Numbered from the whole stretch's first letter, positions 23,616 through 36,801 are shown. The stretch: 61,632 bases of DNA, filler included, from Sphacelaria rigidula (GCA_964200075.2; 11 parts of 11 records of this genome joined end to end with filler, not necessarily neighbours in it), one strand, 5' to 3'. Made by a program: numbers and translations. The notes: generated from the sequence alone by a model not told the origin.

Positions 23616-23849
23616 GTCAAGTCTGTAATGCGTGAGAGAACCGCGTGCTTGGAGGACCGCGTCATAGTTCGAAACACCTCAGGATCGACGTTTTTCAAAA
23701 CCAATCGAGCCGGTCCTTGTAGGGACCACACCCCTGATTTGAACCTCAACCCCAACACTAACCCTAACCCTAACCCTGACCATAGCGGGTTTCAAATTCA
23801 GATGCGGTCCTCTAAGCACGCGGTCCTCTCATGCATTACAAAGTCTGAC
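23616..23849. mobile_element. MITE with ~45-bp TIRs containing (CCCTAA)n telomere-type repeats
   Basis: tgtaatgcgtgagagaaccgcgtgcttggaggaccgc / gcggtcctctaagcacgcggtcctctcatgcattaca; ctaaccctaaccctaaccct at about 23758-23777. Confidence 0.75.
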
Positions 23850-23970
23850 AGTCCTCGCAAGGTACAGTCGTACAAGGTACAGTCGTGTCCGAAATAGCTC
23901 ACACTTCGATAGCTTTACGCAGGACGCTATATCCACTCGATCTTAAAGGCTCTGTTCACTCGTGTCAGTT

Positions 23971-25275
23971 ATCGCTCTGTTCAATGCTCTTTCACGTCGC
24001 TCAACGGGCTATAGTTGCTTTTGCTCAGCTCCACGTTTCGCAAGTGGACCGGTGAGGGTAGGTAGCGGGTAGCTAAACATTTCGCCTATTCCCTCTAACC
24101 AAACTCACATCTGACCTAGTCAAGCTTGATGGACCCGCAACTGTAAGATCCCGGATTTGATCGTGAACGCCTCCTAGCCTCATGACACTTGCCCACCCAG
24201 ACGAACCTCTATTAAAGTTGCGATAAGACGTCTCGAAAACCAACGAAAATCGAGGGTTTTCTCCACGTCAAGTCATGAACGGAAAGGAAGACGAACTCAA
24301 ATGCTATAAAAGCACGCGGCCGTAGTGGCTGAGAAACAATACACCCCAGACCAGGAGGGCAACATCTACCTTGTTTCCCGATTCTCCCACACCTCAAACA
24401 AGGGAAGCAGAATCTGCTACTAAGAGCGCAAGTGCGCTTGATAGGCCTTAGGACTTGCGTCGCTGCAGACACCAAGATCCTCGTGATGCGGATGGACCGA
24501 CGGTATAAAGCTCTGGGCGGAGCTTGAGCTGCACGGGTTCAGGATCATCGATCAAGCGCACGGTGTATGTGTCAGACGCGTTCAGGTCTATGGAGTGATT
24601 CCGGCCCAGCCACCAGACGTTATCGCTGCCTTCGTACCACAGGTAGGCGCCTTTGGGGAGGAGTTCCTGTTTCACGCGAATATTTCAGTTCCGCCACCAC
24701 CGGTTATCCATCTTATTTCAGACAACACGCGCTCTCGGTCTGTCGCCCGCGCCAACCCCCCCCGCGCCCCGTCGCCGCTGACAACACCTCCTGCTTGCAC
24801 GAGCAGCGACGCTAGCCCGCAGCAGCATTGTATGCCCCTGCGTCCTCAAGCGCACTTGCACTTTCAGTAGCAGATTCTGCTTCCCTTGTTCGAGGTGTGG
24901 GAGAATCGGGCAACGGAGTGGATGTTGCCCTCCTGGTCTGGGGTGTACTGTTTCTTAGCCATCACTGCTGAGTGCTTTAATAGCATTTAAGTTCGTCTTC
25001 CTTGCCGTTCATGACTTGACGTGGAGAAAACCCTTGATTTTCGTTGATTTTCGAGACTTCTCATCGCAACCGGGAAAGAGGTTCGTCTCTGGGTGGGCTA
25101 GTGTCATGAGCCTAATAGGCGTTTATGGTCAAATCCGGGATCTTACAGTCACGGGTCTGATCAAGCTTGACTAGGTCAGATGTGAGTTCGATAAAGGGAA
25201 TAGGCAACAGCTACCCTTCCGGTTCACTTGCAAACGTGGAGCTGAGCGACATGAAAGAGCGTTGAACGGAGCGAT
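23971..25275. repeat. Long diverged inverted repeat (arms 23971-24441 and 24846-25275)
   Basis: Arms are reverse complements over about 450 bp, e.g. gggaagcagaatctgctact / agtagcagattctgcttccc and tgacctagtcaagcttgat / atcaagcttgactaggtca. Confidence 0.9.
24448..24675 (-). pseudogene. C-terminal fragment of an LTR-retrotransposon polyprotein
   Basis: YLWYEGSDNVWWLG...YTVRLIDDPEPVQL...RGSWCLQ resembles, from recall, the post-integrase tail of algal Gypsy-type polyproteins. Confidence 0.55.
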
Positions 25276-27960
25276 TATTCCGTGGTCCGTGGCGAAGGAT
25301 AGATAGTTTTATCTTTTGTATTATTGGAGATTTACTAGACTGAGTCGACCCTATGATAGAGGGATCAGATGTAGAGTGGGCTCAGCAGGCAGCGTGGTAG
25401 CTGCCTGAGCGGGGTGCTGTAGTCACACACAGTTGACTACTAGTACCCGTGCGTCTCTGCATAGATCTATCCGCACATGTGCATGTTCCCTCAGTGTATC
25501 TGTTCACATGAACACCTCCTCTGAACCGGTAAATCAGTCGTCATGGCTTTCTCCTTCTCAACAAAAAGAGTTGTAAGGGGGAAACCCGGCCATCCGAGCA
25601 AAACCTCCTCCCCTCAACAGCTTGTGCTCCATCTAGATAATCCATGGATGCCGGTCAAAGCAGATCACGTCATGTCAGGAAATGTCCTATAAAACCCATG
25701 CCCCTCAAAGGAGCGTGGGTGGCTTAACCCAAAAAGCGCATAAATTCATCACTCTAACACCTGAAAATACCCGGCGCTAGCACAATTTGGTACACTCAAA
25801 AAGACGAACCTACTTGTCACCTCCCAAGTTCATAAAAAAACTTATGTGCCTCGTAAATAGGTTGATCGAGAGAGGCTTCGTCAAAATATCAGCATGCTGC
25901 CATCCTGACCCTACATGCACAACCCTGACCTTTCCCGTCCCCACCAGCTCTCGAATGGAGTGATATATCACGTCTATGTCCTTAATTCTTTCGGAACTGA
26001 GAGGATTCTCGGTGAGAGCTTTTTCTCTCTCGTTGTCCCCGTACAAAAGAATACCTTGGTCCTCCCCGCTTCCCGACACAGTCTGCGGTCGCAGGAACGT
26101 CAACACTGCCTTCAAAAACAATCCCTCCTTTGTCCCCTCGGCCATTGCATCATACTCTGCCTCCGTAGTTGACAGAGTTACACAGTGTTGCGTGCGGCTC
26201 GTTGCCGACACTACCACACCGCCGTACATCACGGCTACCCCTGATACCGAACGCCTATCCGTTTCCTTCTTAGCGTAATCTGCATCGCAGTAGACTGAGA
26301 GCCTATCATGACCTTCCTTGAACGTAAGTCCAAACTCCTTCGTCTCATTGAGATACTTCAGCACTTTCATCACAGCTTCCCAGTGCCCCTCGAATGGGTC
26401 ATGGGACTGGCGAGCAAGCCCTCGTACCGAACTCGCAATGTCGGGTCTGGTGACTGTTGCCAGCCACATCAACCCCCCCACTGCGTTACGGTATGGGCGA
26501 TTCACCTTTTGTCTTCGCCCGTTGTCCGCCCCAACTTTATAGAAAAAGAGGCAGGGATTTCCGAGTACCCCCTTACCTCAAAACGCTTCAGGAGCGTGTC
26601 TGTGAACGTGGTTTGCGTCGCAGACAGCGTGCCTCTATCCCAGTCTCTCTCCACTGCGCACCCCATGTACCAGGTGATCTCTCCGAGATTATTCGTGGGG
26701 AACTTTTTGTTCAGGATTTTTCCCACCTTTCCTACGTCTTCCTCAGAACCACTGATAAGGATGTCGTCCACATGGACAACTAAAATCACACGCACGCCTC
26801 CTGCATCCTCCATCTTGAAAACACATGGATCAGCCTCACACTGCACCATCCCGACATCCTCCAGCAAAGTTTGGCACAGAAGAGGAGACCACTGCCTGCC
26901 CGCTTGAATAATCCCGTAAATAGATTATCCAGCTTCACTGTCACGTCTGTCAAAACGGAGCAACCTTCAGGCAACCTCATGTATACACGTCGGTATCCAT
27001 TTCTGCTTGAACAAAAGCCTGTGTCACGTCAAAATGACATAGCGGCCACTCTTCCTGAACTGCCACTGCCATGACCAGTTTGATGGAGGCCATGGAGGGC
27101 ATTGCCGCGAAAGTCTCGAAATAGTCGACTGCAAAACGTTTTCCAAATTCTCGCGCTACCAACCTTGTCTTTGCCTTCGTTACAGTACCACCTGCGTCGG
27201 TTTTCCAACTAAAAACCCATTTCGCTGAAGTCACGTTTGCTGCTTCCGGTACAGGGCCAGTCGAAAATGTTCCAGCCTTTTCATGACCTCCTAGTTCGGC
27301 CTGCATCGCGCCTAACCATACCTCTCGAAATTCTGACTTGGCGATGTCATCCATACTGGTTGGTGCTACCTCTATTTCGCTCACGTGTAGGCCAACCGGT
27401 GAACGCAAACCGAATTCAGGCTGCCCTACCCTGTTTCCCTCGGCAACAAATAAAAAAAAATCGTTTTCAGCTAACTCGTGTTGAGTTGAAGCGATGGCAT
27501 CTTGTCCGGCCACCTGTCCTATTGCCGCGGTGATCATCTCCATGGTTGAGCATTTGTCCTCCGCCATTTCCGCCAGCGCCATCTCCGCTTCCTTTTTGCT
27601 CTCCTTCGCTCCGCTAGCCACCAGCGTTTCGCCTCGTGCGTGTGCCGACCCCATGGCCTGGCGCGTTTGGCTCCTCGTACGCCCCGCCCTTGGTGTTGGT
27701 AACCGGTCAGCCCACGCAAGACGGCGTTGCTCGGTCCTCGGGAGTTGAGCAGGGCTGGGCTCAAGTACCAGTATTTTTCGGCCTTCGGCTGTGATTTATT
27801 TGTCCGCTTCCTCCTACATAACCCAGGCTTCAAGAACGGAATGAGATCACCTTCCGGTGGTGATCCATACCACATATAATGTGGTGATTTGTGGTGCGAG
27901 TTAGCCGAGGTAGCGGTACAGTTCAGGGCTTGACACGCCCAGTTTGCCTGTTCAGCCCAC
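25276..27960 (-). mobile_element. Ty1/Copia LTR retrotransposon, 3' half (cut by contig end)
   Basis: Integrase tail, then RT, then RNaseH (Copia order). PPT agaggagg is followed by a TG-start LTR at 25514 running to about 25276. Confidence 0.92.
25810..27960 (-). pseudogene. pol: Copia pol (integrase C-term, RT, RNaseH), frameshifted
   Basis: SAKWVFSWK..KAKTRLVAR, DYFETFA, HFDVTQAF, VVHVDDIL, PYRNAVGGLMW..TRPDI, YCDADYA, LSTTEAEY, ADILTKPL, split over four ORFs. Confidence 0.92.
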
Positions 27961-29653
27961 NNNNNNNNNNNNNNNNNNNNNNNNNNNNNNNNNNNNNNNN
28001 NNNNTTAATTAATTAANNNNNNNNNNNNNNNNNNNNNNNNNNNNNNNNNNNNNNNNNNNNGAGGACTGAAGAGACATACAGGTAAAAGAATGGACAGGGG
28101 GTAGAGGGTATTCGCTGACCTGATACGTGGGGAAATTGCTTCCATTTCCTCCTGGTCGCGTGGGCACTGTCGGACAACAAGCATGACGAGGATGGCCACC
28201 CGCACCGCGCACGGAAGTTGTGACCCACGACAAGTGGAAGGGCGACGACAACGCATACACACAAAGGGGACAGCACGTGAATTAAGTTACACGTTCACCA
28301 GGTGGCTCAAGATGAGCACTAGCAAACCTCGAGCTCGTCATATGTTTCGGAAACGGACACGTGTACTTGATGGCAACAACGATGACTACATAGGAAGGGG
28401 GGGGGGCGTACTCATTTGTTGCTTGCCTTAGTCATTTGACCATTGACCACGCATCCCTTTCGAGACGGGGGGAAGATAAACTCATTATCTCCTCTGAAAA
28501 CCAAGTCCGACGAAGACGTCCATCTCATGCTTGTGTTGTCAGTTCTACTGTAATGCGATTTAATTGCCTGGGGCACGGAAGCAGCTTGCAGGCGAAGTAG
28601 CGCAGTATGAAATATTCTTGGTTCCACACAACTTAAAACCTTCAAAGAGATAATACTTGAGCTGGCGTAGAGATCAACTACCTCACCAGAGATCAACCAG
28701 AATGTTCTCGATACCGATTGGAAAAACGCGCAGGGCAGACGGACGATAACGGTCAGACCCACCCTTTTCGTCATATATTTAAACGCTCTTGCCCCTCCTC
28801 GACAGGTTTCTTTTCAAGGGCTGGCGTCGGTTGGCAACGACGCCGTACAACACGCCATTCGCTTCGTACGCTAGGCAACCCGGTTACCGTTTTTTCTCGC
28901 TCGCGGTTTTTGCGCTGACCATGACAGTGGTCGAGTTAGCTCATACTGTATGGAGTGGGAGAACCTCAACTCCGCGCAAAGGGGATCATCGTACTACATC
29001 GTGTTTAAACGGTGAGAGACCCGCGAGGCAGCGTAACCCGTGGCTGCCCAGAAAATGAAGCAGCTCATTCGAGCCTGTCATCCTTATGCAAAACGTTTAG
29101 TACGCTTCGAGCCGAACAATCTTAGCAGGATGCAGGGCACTCCTCATACGACTCGCCGAACACACCACGGCGCTGCACGCCTTGTGACTGCGAGCCTTGC
29201 CCAATGAAAACCCGGCGCTCCCCGTCCCGGCTATATAGGGATGCGAGGCCGATGGTCATATGATCACGGCATGTGAGATCAGAAGCAACCCCCTCACCCT
29301 TCCTCGGAACAAGTCCGCAGCGTCAAGGGCTCAATCCATCTCTCCCCCGGAACACGCCCCACATTTTGGTATAATACCGGATGGGATCAGTAATCCCGCA
29401 CCCCGTCGACTCTCATCAAATTACCTTTTGGTGCGACTCACGTCCTCATGTTTGTAGGGGCGAAAATCAGACACTTGTCAGGGACAACCCGCATTTATCG
29501 GCATTCGAGCCAGTGAATATTTCCAGGTAGTGTTCTGTAAGGGTATACCCGAAAGTAATTTTTTGCTGTTGTTGGCAGAGGAAACCATACCGGAATGTGT
29601 ACCCAACATTCCAATATGGTCCAGCAGGGTATCGAGCCCTGTTTAGAACAAGT

Positions 29654-30186
29654 CACGGTTAGGACGACTAAAATCGTGATTCAGCTCATAGTCATCGTTC
29701 CAAGGAATAAATCATACGATTCGTACATCATTTGTAATTTACACAGCTTTCCAGCTCGTGCGTCGTGCAGTACATGTCAAAGGTACCTGTTCTCCACCTA
29801 CCGTGAATACTGCGGTAAATAATGGGCATGGAGTCATCACCTGCACTGTAATTTGAATGAATCGATTGTACATGCCACGCACTTCTTACCATCATAGGGG
29901 GGAACGTCATGTACAACTTGCTTGACCGAGTCGTTCGAGGTGAGCGCCCTTAAATTTTTCTCACCTTCGGGTTAATGTGGGGACAACAAGTTGTACAGGT
30001 CGAGTCTTGTCATTTCATGGGCCCTGAATCACGCGTACTTTTCCCCCAGCTGTAGTGCGCGCAAGATGCCTGCGCTGCATATGTGTTGTCCACCCTCGGC
30101 TCCGCAGGACCAACAATTCATACACGTTGAATCCTTTAATTTCATGAGGAATCAACTCGTATGAACCCCGATTCGTCCTAACCGTG
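29654..30186. mobile_element. CACGG-ended MITE type 2 (~535 bp), 8-bp TSD
   Basis: TIR cacggttaggacga / tcgtcctaaccgtg; flanks gaacaagt / gaacaatc; colinear with 45576-46118. Confidence 0.85.
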
Positions 30187-33100
30187 GAACAATCCGGTTT
30201 AGTTCGGAAGGATATTTACCGATAAAATACTTTCTCATACTTTTGTAAATACCCTATAAAAAAATTCAGCCGGCATACCCTACAGAACAAAATCTTGGAA
30301 TACGAATATTCCACCTCAAGAGCTTCGAGTTGCACCAGTCGGAATACCAGGGAGTGTTGGCATTGCTCCAACACAAAAATGTATGCACGAGAGCGCAAAA
30401 GGGGAACAGAAAATGTACAGAGTTGAAGACCTCAATGAGTTTACACGCAATGATGGTCATGCTCCAAGCGTCTCACATTCGATCGTGAGAGTATACGTCA
30501 AAACTCGAGTCCAAATGTTGCACACGTCGGACGGCTCATGAGCTACTGTACCTGGATATTACTTCTTATCAGAATACTGACCCAGATCATGAGCTAGCTC
30601 ATTTGGCCACTATTTCCGTATTAGCTTCCGACAGCGATGGACGCCGAGCACGCGGTGTAGCGGGAAGGTAACGAATACTTTTTGGCTCCTCGGACACTGC
30701 CATCACGTGTTTTGTGATTGTGTAGAATGGATCTGAAAGTTATTTCAGGTAGCTCATGAGCTGTCCAACGTGTGAAATGTCGTCCTTCCAAGTGGGGACA
30801 GCCGTTTCAAATGTGGTGTCACACAACAAGTACGTAGCCGAACCACAAGCTGGCCCATGACCGGGGCAAAGCAATGACGAATCGGAAGCCTTCCACGTCA
30901 TCGGGAGGTCAAGAGCACAAATTTCAGGGCAATACATTGCGAAACATTCGACGGTGTACTGGGAAAGATCTAGCGATTGTTCTGAATTGCCACTGGGTCG
31001 TATCGAAGCATCACAGCACTATAATATCAGGGATTCAAGGTCACAGTGTAGGGACAAAAATGGGCCTACTGTGGAGTGTGGGGAAGTGCTGCCAAGAATT
31101 CGTACGTAGGTGCACCAACATGACGGGAAGAATTTGTAGGGTGGTACACTTGCGTACAGCTGCAGCATTCCTTACGGTGAACTTTGAGTTACTAGGGAAG
31201 ACGGAGGCGGTAGGTCATCAACTCTGTAATGAGTAGGATAACCAATGGCCCATGTATGGACAGGTCACCGCACATCTCGAGACGACGAGAGGAACTGCCC
31301 AGCCCAGCGCGACATTATCCCTGGGCAAGACAGCGACGAGCGCAGGAAACCTTGAACTGAATTATTCGCCGTGAATATCTTAACGGCAACTATACAGGAG
31401 CTGGGGCAGCAACTACGTACGGCTGGCTCTATGACTTGCAGCTAGTGGTTACCTGCCTCGGCCGACTGTCTCGCGCCTGACACATTACTGCTGAATTCAA
31501 ACCACAGCACACCTTGCCAAAGTGCGGAGGCCAACCAAGTGACCAAGGCGTGGTGGCACTGCATGCAGCGCAAGAACCATCGCCACTGCCCGAAAAAAAC
31601 GTTGCAGCAGCGTTCAAATTTACATGCACACCGTGCGCACCCTGTTTCGTTCATACAAGCCTGCGAATCCACCGGCACCCTGGTAGCACGGCGGGGCAAA
31701 TGTGATGATGGACGTACATAAAAAAACAACGACCCTTGCCCGATTTCCAATGTACAAAAAGGGCTGGCCCACCTGGGCTCATTTTGAATAGCAAGTAAAT
31801 GTTCCGCCTATGACCATTCAGTCAATTGGTAAATCAATTAATCAATCCGTCAACCAATCAATCAATGATTACATCGATTATATTAAAGTTTGGTTCTCAC
31901 ATCTCACCCAAACAACCCCCGCAACACCCCCACGAGGATCTAAGCCGCGAGATTGTCAGCTAGAGAAAACTTGCTAAAACGATATTCGGCTCTCAAACGA
32001 TGGCTGCATCAGCTTATCCATTATCGTGCGACTTGAAGTGGTGTGCCTGCACAGGTCACACGCTGCAGCATCAGATATTGAACGGTACACATATAGAAAT
32101 TAAATAGCGATATGATACACCTTCACGTGCATTTCTGGTTCGACTTTTCCTTTTCTTTCTTGTTTTTCGAGCATAGCCTACGTCGCTTTTCACATCTTAC
32201 CCCACCGATTGTTTTCTAGATCTAGGGAGTCAACCACGCCCTCAATCAACCCTTTGGCGGCCAGGGTTGTGTGTCCATGTGCTGTGCATGATTGGTCACT
32301 GGAAAATGACCAACTCTCATGACTAACACTACTTACGTGTCTGTCTACGAGCGTTGAGAGGGACGGGGAAGAAAAAAACACTGATGACATTTATGGAGTA
32401 TCACATAAACGTTAGGGATATAACGGATTGTGAGATAGACTCCACAAGTGAAGAGCGGGGGATTAGACCGTCCGGCTGATATACGTCGGGACTCACGCTG
32501 ACTGTAACTAGGCATCCCAATCCACGTAACCTCCTGCAGAACATCCCGAGATTTGCAGCTCGTCCACGTCGTAAACAGTTGCAGAGCGAACAAGATCCAT
32601 GCCAATATCGACAGAGCATTGAAGCTCATGACTCCCGAGTTGTTGACATCCAATCCTGACTGTGAAGCGATCGCCGTTGCCAACTCGGACTCTGATCCCT
32701 GCAGCAGTTGAAAAAAGTTGACCAGCCGAGCGAAACGTAGCACCGTGCTGGTTAACTGCCCGACAGCATGCAAATTGCCGCCCAACCCGTTCTGTACTTG
32801 GAGCTTGGCCTTTTTCCAAACAACATGAGCACATTCGTATATTTCGATTGAACGAAGTAAGTGTGGACCGGCCCTTGACAACTCGCGAACGAACAGCAAG
32901 CTACAGATGAAAACCATGCGTCATGCCTATTCAACAAGACAACAAGAACGAAAAAGGAGAAGGAAATGAAGAAAATGAAGATCGTGATTGATCAACCCAT
33001 CCAACCGGCCACACGGTGTGCAGCAATCTCGATGCTTCAATTATGGCTTGTAGAGAAGTCGGGTTTGGTCCCAATCCCAACCGCAGGCATACAAAAAGCT

Positions 33101-33727
33101 TCGTAAAAAAGGGAGGGGGGGGGGGGATTTAAGCCAAAGTGTACGCTGGCAGAGTTCAAATCCATGCCTTCGGGCGGCGATTTGAGAAAAAGTGAGTCCT
33201 GGGCACACCGAGAAACACTGTGAGCTTAATTAAAAAATGATCTTAGTGTACAGACTACAATAGAGGATACTCCAATTCTTTAGTATTTATCCCTGTTTTG
33301 CTTCTATCGCGTTTTGTGAGTTTTTACTCTGGGTCTAATTTTTTTTCTTTGTTTTTTTTGTTTTTTTGCTAGCCTGTGACCACGGAAGGCGTCCGCATCA
33401 GATGCCCAGTACGAATGTACCGCGGAGATATCGAAACGGTTTCGAATGTGAAGACAAAAACAACAACAACTCCAATGAAGGGTTTCCGGCGGGGTCTCCT
33501 GTAATTGGAGGGGGGGGCGTTCTCATGTGTTGCTTGCCTTAGTCGTTTGACCATTGACCACGCATCCCTTTCNNNNNNNNNNNNNNNNNNNNNNNNNNNN
33601 NNNNNNNNNNNNNNNNTTAATTAATTAANNNNNNNNNNNNNNNNNNNNNNNNNNNNNNNNNNNNNNNNNNNNTTGTTGCTTGCCTTAGTCATTTGACCAT
33701 TGACCACGCATCCCTCTCGAGACGGAG

Positions 33728-34640
33728 CAGTTGAGGGGGGTGTATGAGAGATAAAACACTTGCAGAGACCTTTTGGACATGCGGAGTGAAAAAAGATGCC
33801 TATGGTGGTGACCTAACTGTTGGTAGCGTGGCGCATAGGCAATGTGCAGCACACGCTGGTCACGTGAACAGCTCGGTACAGTACGAGTAGTAGCTTCCCG
33901 TAAGTGAGAATTATTCTGATGTCAGGAGGACGTGGTCACGGTAACAAACTGCATCGAAGTCGCAAGACCTGTGAAAGCTAGATAGTTTTTTTTTTTTTAA
34001 TCTGTATCCACAAAATTAGAAACGGTTCTGAAAACCTGAGGGAAGGTGGCCGCTTCGGGTCCAGTCGAACATCCGAAGAAACTATCGAATAGCAGTGCGA
34101 AACTGTTTCCGGGATCGGCATCGGACAGTGGTCGAACAACGGAACAGAAATCGACAAGTTACCGTTTGTATTAGAAAACCATGTGCATGGAACGCTTTGC
34201 AGCTTAAAATACACAGATTTTGATGGAGAGAAACTTCTTCGGGCCCTCATGTGTGTTGTATCCGCCTGTAACAGTCTTTCCTTGTTCATCGATGCCTGGC
34301 TGGGGGACAGGGAAGCCATCCTCCCTCAGGTTTTCAGAACCGTTTTTAATTTTGTGGATACAGATTAAAAAAAAAAAAACTCTCTAGCTTTCACAGGTCT
34401 TGCGACTTCGATGCAGTTTGTTACCGTGACCACGTCCTCCTGACATCAGAATAATTCTCACTTACGGGAAGCTACTACTTGTACTATACCGAGCTGTTCA
34501 CGTGACCAGCGTGTGCTGCACATTGCCTATGCGCCACGCTACCAACAACAGTTAGGTCACCACCATAGGCATCTTTTTTCACTCCGCATATCCAAAAGGT
34601 CTCTGCAAGTGTTTTATCTCTCATACACCCCCCTCAACTG
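33728..34640. mobile_element. Foldback / long-TIR element (arms 33728-34050 and 34315-34640)
   Basis: About 325-bp near-perfect inverted arms (a handful of substitutions, one 3-bp indel) starting CAGTTGAG; 264-bp spacer. Confidence 0.9.
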
Positions 34641-36801
34641 GCGTGTGGCAGGCTGTTCTCGTCGGGCATCCGGGTAGGGAGAGGTCGGCAAAAATCAACG
34701 ATTAATAACACTCCCTAAGTCCAAATTGGATCTATCTGTTATTCCCGCAGCACCGCCCTTCCTGGCATGTGTGTGACAGAGAACAGTAGTAGCGGTGACG
34801 GGAACATTGCCCTAATTTTTCAACGACATGCTTCTCAGCGCACAGCGCGTCCTGTCCAAAAGGAGAGGCAGAGAGAAATCGATCTTCGCGTTGGCGACAG
34901 GCAAGAAGAGGCGACGGAATCTTTCCGCAGCTTGGTGTTTCGGGACATGAAAAATTTGGCATATGTTGGTAAAATCGATTATGCCAGTCTCTCGAGAGTT
35001 TGATAAACGCCAAGCGGGGACAGACGAAGGACGCGGGCGAGGACCTTCCTCTCTGTCGTTACTTCTCTTTCTGGTAATATCGTCATCGACACGCGTGTAC
35101 TGTAACACCGCATTCGTTAGGTGCACCTAGCCACAGCTGCTCAACTGCTGCGGACATTTCGGGGGGAAGATGGCTTCGCTAGGTCGCTAGTGTTTCGCGT
35201 CTTCCCTGCAAAAGAGAAATACCACTTCAACCCCATATTTTGTATCAACCCCATTTTGTAGGGTTCACTGTTAAAAGATGTTGACGAATCCTGTTGATGT
35301 GGCACCGTGCCCTCCTTCCCGTCTCCATTACTCACAACCTCCCTCTCTTTACCCTGTACAACGTTGAGATCGAAACATTTCCCTCCCCACATCCTTACTT
35401 TCCCCCTACTTGATGTATCACACTCATTTGTATGCTCAATCAACTGTATCTCGCGTTTCTTCCGTTTTTTCTATGGATAATTACGTTGACATTTTATTAC
35501 TTCTATTATTGTCTGATTCACGGTGACAAACGACTAGGTGCTACACTATTATGACAAGCCCCTTTCCGTGTGTGTGTGTCTCTGCGGCTGTTTCCCCTTC
35601 CGTTATCCTCCCTCTCAAAACAAACATCGCCATTTCAGAAAGGACTACGGCAGCAGCGACTCGGCTTCCGTCAGCCGAACAGCTCACAGCGTCGCTGGGT
35701 CCCCGTTTGATGACGGGCAAGGGGTACGCAGATACCCCTGCGCAGTGACCCGTGCTTCCATTGTGGTATATGGTACTATCTATAAACGTGAGCTTATACC
35801 TCACTGACGTAGCGGGGCGAACTTCTCGCGGATGGAACTTTCCCTCGAGGCGGAGGAGCGGCCGTGCCAGCGACGGCAACAGCGGCGGGGGGGAAATAGC
35901 ATGGAGAAAGAGGCGAAGGGATGAAGGCGATGAAGTACCGGTGAGTGCTGTGTCTGACTTCGTGGATATCATCGCTGGTGTAACGGTTGGTTGGTTGGTT
36001 GGTGTAACGGATTGGAGTAAGTGCATGATGGCACAGAGTAAGCGGTGTAAGCGAGTCATCAAAAGATATATGCACACAATGCATATTATTCCACCAGGGC
36101 TAGCAGTTGGCATGACCCATGTGTATGGGTACACGCGGAACCGCATCAGACGACTTCTGTGACAGCGATGCCATCCTCTTGATAAAGCAGCGCACGCAGG
36201 ACGAGGTAGGGTGGTCCGGGGGGGAAGGGAGGCGAGGGTGTACTCATGATCATGCATGCCGTAGTCGTAAGACCATTGACCTCGCATCCTTACGAAACCG
36301 GGACGGAGCACGCCGGGCTTTCGCCGGACCAGGGGGCGAGGGTGGGGTGGTACTGATTCTTAGCTTGCCTTAGTCGTTTGACCAGTGACCACGCATCTCT
36401 TTCGAGACGGAGCACCGTTTCTACTCCTATTAGATATACCTTCAACACTACGGCGCTCATTACGTTTCTTCCGTACATTACACAAAGCCTTTTACATATC
36501 TTATCCCCGTCCTGTTTCGCCGTCTGTGGCCACCATCTGTCTCCTAGCATAGCCATCATTTTCTCCCTACTGTTCAATGCATCAAACGATTTCAAGCCAT
36601 TTTCGTTCACGTCTTGCATTTCCCCCTCTAGGACGTTCCGTTCCTCCTTGTATAGTTCACATTCTTCCACTATATGCTGTCCATCTACTTCCTCTTCCTT
36701 TCGACGACTGGTGTATCTATTTCTTCTTCCAGGTCCCCCACCCGACATCGTAGTTCGAGATTTTTCGCAGCGTCCATGGGGCCATACAAATATGCTTTCA
36801 A

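Noticed and set aside
28120..28166. 47-bp minus-strand micro-exon (PTRPGGNGSNFPTYQ)
   Set aside because: Splice signals are plausible, but it is too short to assign and has no partner exons.
33505..33728. Apparent continuity of a LINE end across the linker
   Set aside because: Both contigs simply terminate in the same high-copy repeat; the linker is artificial.
35541..36311. 256-aa minus-strand ORF
   Set aside because: Starts inside a Family A repeat, no recognisable domain or splice structure.
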